A stretch of 64,000 bases of DNA from an uncultured Chloroflexia bacterium (GTDB taxonomy: Bacteria > Chloroflexota > Chloroflexia > Thermomicrobiales > UBA6265). The notes beneath the pieces are model-generated. The model was not told where the DNA came from, ran no database searches, and saw only the letters and a program-made list of their open reading frames with translations. Numbering within the stretch: the first letter of the stretch is position 1; each line of letters begins with the position of its first letter. The translations under genes and the position numbers were made by a program. The DNA is taken from NCBI GenBank assembly GCA_963724295.1, contig CAVRUC010000010.1:64001-128000 (forward strand). The letters run 5' to 3'. Below, piece by piece: positions 58,249 to 64,000 of the stretch.

Positions 58249-58317
58249 GTCGATTTCGCGCAATCCTGGACGGAGACGGCGTTTGTAACTGTCTCCATCC
58301 AGAGGCACGAACGACCC

Positions 58318-58354
58318 GAAGCCGCCGCGTCTCGAGACGCGGCGGCTTCTTTTT
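58318..58354 (+). terminator. Rho-independent terminator
   Basis: Perfect palindrome GAAGCCGCCGCGTCTCGAGACGCGGCGGCTTC followed by TTTTT. Confidence 0.85.
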
Positions 58355-58422
58355 ATGAGCCCGAACTGATTCCGGCAGACACGATCCGGGCGTCAGGAAG
58401 TCAGCAGGCAAATTGGCAACGC

Positions 58423-58446
58423 GGGCGACGCAGGCGTCGCCCCTAC
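58423..58446 (-). repeat. GTAG-family REP, single copy
   Basis: GGGCGACGCAGGCGTCGCCCCTAC, identical to 48756-48779. Confidence 0.8.
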
Positions 58447-58482
58447 TCGCCGTCTGGCCGTCTCGCCGTCTTGCCGTCTCGT

Positions 58483-61053
58483 TCAGACCGCTTTCTCTGG
58501 AGCGGCGCGTTCCCAGAAATCCACGAATCGTCTGTGAAGTCGTTGGTGGTCAGGCGCGGTGAGCTCCGGGTCCGCGGCGAGGAGCGCCTCCGCCGCGCGC
58601 CGAGCGCGATCGAGCAGGCGAGTATCGAAGACCCCATCAAGCCACTGCATCTCCGGTAGCCCGCTTTGGCGCGTGCCGATGAAGTCGCCTGGCCCCCGCA
58701 GCTCGAGATCCTTTTCGGCGAGCAAGAAGCCGTCGTCGCTGGCGACCATCGTCTCCAGGCGCTGCTCGCCGTCCGGACTTCCTTCTTCCGCGAGCAGCAA
58801 GCAGTACGACAGCGCTCCCCCTCTTCCGACGCGCCCTCGAAACTGATGGAGTTGAGCCAGCCCGAAGCGGTCCGCCCCCTCGATAAGCATCACGGTCGCG
58901 TTCGGGACGTCGATACCGACTTCGATCACGGAGGTGGAGACGAGCACGTCGTAGCGCCGATCCCGGAAGTCGGTCATGACGGCATCCTTGTCCCGTGATT
59001 TCATGCGACCGTGCAAGGTCGCGATGCGTAGCTCGGGAAAGACCTCCTGGCTGAGTCGTTCCGCTTCTTCCACCGCCGCCTTCGCCTCGATCGCGTCCGA
59101 GGCCTCGACCAGCGGGCAGATGACGAAGACCTGATGCCCTTTGGCGACTTCTTCGCGCACCAGGGCGTAGGCAGCCTCCCGCTCCGCGCCGATGTACCGC
59201 CGCGTTTCAATGGGGATGCGCCCCGGCGGGCGATGGGTCAGGACCGAGACGTCGAGGTCGCCGTGGATCACCAGGTTGAGCGTGCGCGGGATCGGGGTGG
59301 CGGTCATCGCCAGCTGGTGGGGGAGCCGCCCCTCGGTCTTCCCAGGGAGCGCCGCACGCTGCCGGACGCCGAACCGGTGCTGCTCATCGACGACGGTGAG
59401 CGCCAGCCGCGGCAGATCGATGCCATCCTGGATGAGGGCATGCGTGCCGATCAAGATATCGATCTCGCCAGCGCCCGCTGCTTCGAGAATCTCGCGCCGA
59501 TCGGTCGCCCGTGTCGATCCGGTGAGCAACCGCACCCGCGGCCTCTCCCCATCCGGCAAACGGGCGTAAAGCATGCCCAGACCTTGCAGGTGCTGCTCGG
59601 CAAGGATCTCGGTCGGCGCCATCAGGGCGGACTGAAAGCCGTTGGCCGTCGCGGCGAGCATGGCCGCGGCGGCCACCGCGGTCTTGCCGGAGCCGACGTC
59701 GCCTTGCAGCAGCCTGGCCATTGGCTTCTGCTGGCTCATGTCTTCGAGAATCTCGACCAGGACCGATTGTTGCGTGCCCGTGAGCCGGAACGGCAATGAC
59801 TCTGCCCACCGCCTGAGCAACTCCTCGTCGGTTTGGATCGGGATGCCGTCGTAGGCCTTGCGCTCGCGCTTGCGCAGCACCAGCCCCAGTTGCAAGAGGA
59901 AGAGGTCGTCAAACGCCAGCCGCTCCTTCGCCGCCTGGAGTGATGCCTCGTCGTCGGGGTAGTGAACCTGAGCAATAGCCTCCCGTAGGGGTGGCAACGC
60001 TCCATCGGACGTCAGCCGCACCTCATCCGGCAAGTACTCCTCGACCGATTCCAGGGCGAGCTCGAGCGCCTGTCGGGAAAAGCCGCGCATCGACTTCTGG
60101 GCGAGTCCGGCAGTGAGTGGGTAAACCGGTACGATGCGTCCGGTTGAGACTCCACCACTCGTTTCTGAACTGACACGCTCCCACTCCGGTCCGGTGAAGG
60201 AGAGTGGTCCGTATCCTGACTCCAGCGCGCCGCTCACCGCGATTTCGTCGCCGACGTGGAGCACGCTGGCCAGGTACTGGTTGAACCAGGTAACCCGCAC
60301 CCACCCGGAGACATCGGCGAGCTTGATCGTGACCCGCGGCGCGCCGGGCCCTCGATGCAGCTGGACATCGGTCACGCGCCCACGCACCGTCACGTCGCTG
60401 CCCGGCCGCAGGTTCAGCGCCTCGCCGATGCGGATCGTGCGCGAGTAGTCGATGTGCCGTCGCGGCGCCAGGTGCAGCAAGTCGCCGACCGTCTGCACTC
60501 CGAGCCGGGCCAGTTTCTTGCTGGTTGCACCGCCCGCGCCTTTGAGCGCGGTGACCGGGTCATCGAGTGTGAGACGGGGCTTGGGTACGACTGGAGATGC
60601 CGGTGACGCGACGCGGTCTGACTCGACGCGCGGCCGATCGTTGGACTTGCGTGCCGGTCGCCGCGCGCTGTCCATGACGTTCATGGGACGAGCGGGCGCC
60701 TCGAGCCTGGCGACCTCAGGGATCAGCCGCTTGATCGCGGCGGCGATCTCCGTGAGCGCGGCCGGACGCCGCTCGCGGGGAAGCGTCGTGTAGGCGTCGA
60801 GATCGGCGATCACGCGGCTCAGATCATCCGCGATCTGCTCGCTCGCCGCGGCTGGCCGCAGCCGGCGCACGCTACCGAGAGCCGTCTGATAGGCCATGCC
60901 CGCGGAGCAGCCGTCGCGCCACTCCCGGCGCAGCAACTCGACCGCCATCTCGAGTCGGGACCGGGCGTCCCCGGGTGGAAGCGTGGTCATTTCCGCATGG
61001 TTGGCGATGAGCGATCGATCCTGGTTCACGCCCGTATTGGGAGCAACTGCCAT
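58483..61053 (-). CDS. recG: ATP-dependent DNA helicase RecG
   Basis: QGDVGSGKT, DEQHRFG, TATPIPRT, QFRGRVGRG, GTRQSG. About 160-aa N-terminal extension. Confidence 0.96.
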   Translation of the reverse strand: MAVAPNTGVNQDRSLIANHAEMTTLPPGDARSRLEMAVELLRREWRDGCSAGMAYQTALGSVRRLRPAAASEQIADDLSRVIADLDAYTTLPRERRPAALTEIAAAIKRLIPEVARLEAPARPMNVMDSARRPARKSNDRPRVESDRVASPASPVVPKPRLTLDDPVTALKGAGGATSKKLARLGVQTVGDLLHLAPRRHIDYSRTIRIGEALNLRPGSDVTVRGRVTDVQLHRGPGAPRVTIKLADVSGWVRVTWFNQYLASVLHVGDEIAVSGALESGYGPLSFTGPEWERVSSETSGGVSTGRIVPVYPLTAGLAQKSMRGFSRQALELALESVEEYLPDEVRLTSDGALPPLREAIAQVHYPDDEASLQAAKERLAFDDLFLLQLGLVLRKRERKAYDGIPIQTDEELLRRWAESLPFRLTGTQQSVLVEILEDMSQQKPMARLLQGDVGSGKTAVAAAAMLAATANGFQSALMAPTEILAEQHLQGLGMLYARLPDGERPRVRLLTGSTRATDRREILEAAGAGEIDILIGTHALIQDGIDLPRLALTVVDEQHRFGVRQRAALPGKTEGRLPHQLAMTATPIPRTLNLVIHGDLDVSVLTHRPPGRIPIETRRYIGAEREAAYALVREEVAKGHQVFVICPLVEASDAIEAKAAVEEAERLSQEVFPELRIATLHGRMKSRDKDAVMTDFRDRRYDVLVSTSVIEVGIDVPNATVMLIEGADRFGLAQLHQFRGRVGRGGALSYCLLLAEEGSPDGEQRLETMVASDDGFLLAEKDLELRGPGDFIGTRQSGLPEMQWLDGVFDTRLLDRARRAAEALLAADPELTAPDHQRLHRRFVDFWERAAPEKAV

Positions 61054-61119
61054 CTGCTCCAGTGCCGGGGCGGTTGCAAGTCTAGCGCAGGGCGATGGGC
61101 TGCCCGGGCACCCCGTAGC

Positions 61120-61941
61120 CTACGCGACGTCTGCCTCGACGACCGCGACACCGAGAGCGCCGGGGCCGACCTGGGCCGCCACCGCCGGCCCGATCTGATG
61201 CACGGCGAGACGGTGTGACGGAAGTCCCGTGCCGCCAGCAATTGTCCGGAGCAAGCGGTCCCCGTCAGTCTCACTGGTGGCGTAGAGCACCGCGCAGCGT
61301 TCCACCGCGGGGAGCTCGCACACGAACTCGGCAAGCTCGTGGATCGCGCGGTGACGAGTACGTGCTCGCTCGTACGGGATAATCTGTCCTTCGTCGATGC
61401 GCAACAACGGCTTGAGCTGAAGTGCCTCGGCGATCATCGCGGCGGAGCGTCCGATCTGCCCGTTTTCGCGCAGGTGTTCGACGCTCTCCACCGAAAAGAC
61501 GACGTGGTAGCGGTGAATCGCCGCCCGCAGGGTCGCCGCAATCTCGACGGCGCTCATTCCCTGCTGAGCCAGCTCGGCGCCATGCATGACCTGAAAGCCG
61601 AGTCCGAGGGAGGCGGAGCGGGAATCGACGACTTCGATAGCGATGACCTTCGCCAATCGGTCTCGCGCCTGGAGCGCCGCATCCACTATGCCCCCGAGCC
61701 GGCTGGAGAGGAGAACCGCGACAACCGCGTCGTGGTCATTCGCCAGCTCGGTGAATGTCGCCGCAAACGTATCGACCAGCGCTGGCCGCGGTGCTTTCGG
61801 GTGTCCCTCGACGTCGCGGGCCATTGCGGCGCGGCCCGGAACGGCAGCGACCGGCGCCGGGACGACCGTGATCCGTCCACCCGCTCGCATTTCGGGAGTG
61901 AGATCGGCGCTGCTATCAGTGACGATCGCTATGCGTGCCAT
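61120..61941 (-). CDS. DegV family fatty acid-binding protein
   Basis: IAIVTDSSADL, LSSRLGG, VVDSRSASLGLG, LQLKPLL, QVGPGALG. Confidence 0.88.
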   Translation of the reverse strand: MARIAIVTDSSADLTPEMRAGGRITVVPAPVAAVPGRAAMARDVEGHPKAPRPALVDTFAATFTELANDHDAVVAVLLSSRLGGIVDAALQARDRLAKVIAIEVVDSRSASLGLGFQVMHGAELAQQGMSAVEIAATLRAAIHRYHVVFSVESVEHLRENGQIGRSAAMIAEALQLKPLLRIDEGQIIPYERARTRHRAIHELAEFVCELPAVERCAVLYATSETDGDRLLRTIAGGTGLPSHRLAVHQIGPAVAAQVGPGALGVAVVEADVA

Positions 61942-61975
61942 GCAAGGAAGCCCGAAACGAGGAGAATCTGCGCCG

Positions 61976-62005
61976 TTGCCCGCATTTCCAGGGATATGGT
62001 AGGCT
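61976..62005 (+). promoter_or_regulatory. Promoter of rpmB
   Basis: TTGCCC, 18 nt spacer, extended -10 TGG-TAGGCT. Confidence 0.5.
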
Positions 62006-62119
62006 TTCTGGTCGCGCGAGTGCTGTCCAGGCCCGAATCTCTGGGCTCCCATATTGGGCCTCGGCTCGCGTCGTGAGCGAAGCATAGTTCAGGGACACCA
62101 GAGCGGAAGGATTCTCGAC

Positions 62120-62305
62120 GTGGCCGGCAAGTGTGAGGTGTGTGGTAAGACGACGAAGTTTGGCCACAATGTGAGCTTCTCCAAGCGGCGGACGAACCGC
62201 ATGTTCAAACCGAATATTCAGTCCAGAGTACTGGTCATCGACGGCGTGGCGAAGCGGAGGAGCGTCTGCACGGGGTGCCTGCGGACGATGGTCAAGACCT
62301 CCTGA
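62120..62305 (+). CDS. rpmB: 50S ribosomal protein L28 (Zn-binding form)
   Basis: [36 protein letters not shown]. Confidence 0.95.
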   Translation: MAGKCEVCGKTTKFGHNVSFSKRRTNRMFKPNIQSRVLVIDGVAKRRSVCTGCLRTMVKTS

Positions 62306-62335
62306 GACCACGTCCCGCCGTGCATGCGGAAATCA

Positions 62336-62370
62336 AAGCCCCCGGGTCGTAATCACCCGGGGGCTTCCTT
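62336..62370 (+). terminator. Terminator after rpmB
   Basis: AAGCCCCCGGGT-cgtaatc-ACCCGGGGGCTT-CCTT. Confidence 0.7.
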
Positions 62371-62454
62371 GACCTCGGATTCGGGATCCCGCGTTCCATG
62401 TCTGTCACACGTCGAGCGGAGCTCATGCGTCAGTCCAGGCAAAGGAGACAGCGC

Positions 62455-63711
62455 ATGACACCGCGACGGAGCCGGCCCGAGCGCAGCACCCCCGTCGTCC
62501 TTCCCGCTCGACCCGGCGATGAGACCGAAACGGTCGTCGAGCGGATAGTCCCAGGTGGCTTCGGGCTCGGCTTCGGCGGTGGCCGCACCCTCTTCGTTTC
62601 ACGCGCCGCGCCGGGCGATCGGTTGCGGGTCCGCGTCGACCGCGAGCACGGGCGCGTCGCGCACGCCTCGATCGTCGATGTCCTCGAACCCGGTCCTGAC
62701 CGCGTTGAGGAGCCGTATCCCCTCCTCTCCCGTTGCGGCGCGGATTTTCAGCATCTGCGGTATGACGCCCAGCTGGCCGCCAAGAGCGGCATGATCGGCG
62801 ATAGCCTGCGTCGTATCGGCGGGATCGATCTGGCTGATCCGGTTCCGGTCGCGCCATCACCTGTGGTCTGGGGGTACCGCGCCCGGGCTGAATGGCGACA
62901 CGATCCAAATCAACCGGCCCTCGGCTACTTCGATGCGGGGACGCGCCGGGTTGTCGATCTCGCGGAGGACCCGTTCGTCGTCCCCGCGCTTGCCGATCGG
63001 TATGAGCAATTGCGCGAGAAGCTGATGGCCGGACGGCTGCCGGAGTGGGCCACCGAGCTACGGGCGGCGGCCGGCGACGATGGCATCTCGTTCGCGCCGC
63101 CATTGGAGCTCCCGCAGCCGCTGCCGGTCCACGCGACGGTCGCCGGAGAGCGATACGAGTACGACGCCGACTGCTTCTTTCAGGTCAATCCATTCGTGCT
63201 CGACGATCTGATGGCGGAGGCGCTCCGCCACACCCCTGAGATCGGGGCGGCGCCGTCACCGGCATCTCGTCTGGCCATTGACCTCTACTGCGGGGTCGGG
63301 TTGTTCACCGTTCCGCTCGCGCGCCGCTTCAGCCAGGTCATCGGGGTCGAAGGCCAGCCGCGCGCCGCCGAGTTTGCGTCACGCAACGTTGCCGCTGCCG
63401 GTCTCACGCACGCGCGCATTCGCACTGAGTCGGTAGAGCGTTGGCTGGAAGGCGCCTATCGTAGCCATGGACGGACACCGTTCGTGCTGCTTGACCCACC
63501 GCGCACCGGGCTGCCAGCGCATGGCCTTCGCGTGCTGCCGCGCCTGCGGGCATCGCGCGTGACCTACGTCGCATGCGATCCGTCGACGCTGGCGCGCGAT
63601 CTGAAGGGCCTCCTCGCGTCAGGCTACGAACTGACCTCGGTCACCGGCTTCGACATGTTTCCGCAAACGCATCACGTCGAGATCGTGGCGCACTTGCGGA
63701 GGACGAGCTGA
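62455..63711 (+). CDS. RlmD/TrmA-family RNA m5U methyltransferase with TRAM domain
   Basis: FFQVN, DLYCGVGLF, LDPPRTG, YVACDPSTLARD, DMFPQTHHVE. AGGAG RBS. Confidence 0.92.
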   Translation: MTPRRSRPERSTPVVLPARPGDETETVVERIVPGGFGLGFGGGRTLFVSRAAPGDRLRVRVDREHGRVAHASIVDVLEPGPDRVEEPYPLLSRCGADFQHLRYDAQLAAKSGMIGDSLRRIGGIDLADPVPVAPSPVVWGYRARAEWRHDPNQPALGYFDAGTRRVVDLAEDPFVVPALADRYEQLREKLMAGRLPEWATELRAAAGDDGISFAPPLELPQPLPVHATVAGERYEYDADCFFQVNPFVLDDLMAEALRHTPEIGAAPSPASRLAIDLYCGVGLFTVPLARRFSQVIGVEGQPRAAEFASRNVAAAGLTHARIRTESVERWLEGAYRSHGRTPFVLLDPPRTGLPAHGLRVLPRLRASRVTYVACDPSTLARDLKGLLASGYELTSVTGFDMFPQTHHVEIVAHLRRTS

Positions 63712-63718
63712 GACGGGC

Positions 63719-63798
63719 AGTCGGTAAGTCGGTAAGAACGAATATAGTCCGATACCCGATGGCCTACGTCCGACTTCCGACCCCCGACCTCCGACTCC
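63719..63798. repeat. Inverted clusters of AGTCGGTA/TCCGAC short tandem repeats
   Basis: agtcggta-agtcggta ... tccgact-tccgacc-cccgacc-tccgact, between convergent genes. Confidence 0.65.
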
Positions 63799-63802
63799 AA
63801 CC

Positions 63803-64000
63803 TCACGCCCAGGGATCGTCGCCCTCCGGCAACCGCCCGCCGAAGCGCCCTGATTCACCACGATCGGCCTCGGCCAGGCCGACGAGGGTGTCGAGGAACG
63901 GTTCCAGACCGGTATCCGGCTGGTGGAACCGGAAGCGGCCGAGCTCGTAGAGCACGCGTTGGTCGGGAAGGAACTCCTCACCCTGTCCCGCCAGTCGTTG
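63803..64000 (-). CDS. C-terminal end of an unidentified protein entering from the right edge
   Basis: Open frame QRLAGQGEEFLPDQRVLYELGRFRFHQPDTGLEPFLDTLVGLAE...DDPWA* with GC-rich third codon positions. Confidence 0.55.
   Translation of the reverse strand, partial: QRLAGQGEEFLPDQRVLYELGRFRFHQPDTGLEPFLDTLVGLAEADRGESGRFGGRLPEGDDPWA

Noticed and set aside
17744..63798. CRISPR array, IS element or prophage
   Set aside because: The repeats are short tandem units or dispersed palindromes without regular unique spacers. I found no cas, transposase, integrase or phage genes.

Overview
High-GC bacterial chromosomal DNA. The gene content, the AQDATPAASP-type secreted proteins and the repeat style suggest Chloroflexota, probably Thermomicrobiales (inference). 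There are four regions. (1) 569-17066: a GntR-led catabolic operon. Four of its proteins closely resemble Mesorhizobium loti vitamin B6 degradation pathway I enzymes (pyridoxamine-pyruvate aminotransferase, pyridoxal 4-dehydrogenase, 4-pyridoxolactonase, FHMPC dehydrogenase), and a class II aldolase-fold protein is a plausible HMPDC decarboxylase. The two GMC oxidoreductases, the flavoprotein ring-opening oxygenase MHPCO and the AAMS alpha/beta hydrolase are absent. In their place are a three-subunit molybdo-flavoenzyme, a luciferase-like (possibly F420-dependent) oxidoreductase, an M29/NicX-fold metalloenzyme, a cupin and a BMP-type ABC importer. This is the best candidate for an undescribed system: a variant B6 (pyridine ring) degradation route. 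(2) 17.1-25.4 kb: accessory genes, including small Zn-binding proteins, a DUF1537 kinase, Yip1, a CPA1 antiporter, a Tat-exported 16-Cys miniprotein, a secreted Gly-rich protein, and an MFS pump with a leader-peptide attenuator. (3) 25.5-53.7 kb: housekeeping genes priA, def, gmk, rqcH, a CorC-family gene, tatC, acpP, nusB, accC, a pur operon (class II PurE, apparent PurC-PurF fusion), fabGDH, rpmF, yceD, coaD and rsmD. (4) 54-64 kb: a probable LexA-controlled unknown gene, a P450, an MFS transporter, an LPXTG Gly-rich surface protein, recG, degV, rpmB and an RlmD-like methyltransferase. About seven single-base indels break otherwise intact genes and are most likely long-read errors. Several REP-like repeat families are present. 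I found no rRNA, tRNA, CRISPR array or transposase. All family assignments come from motifs and recalled sequences, not from database searches.
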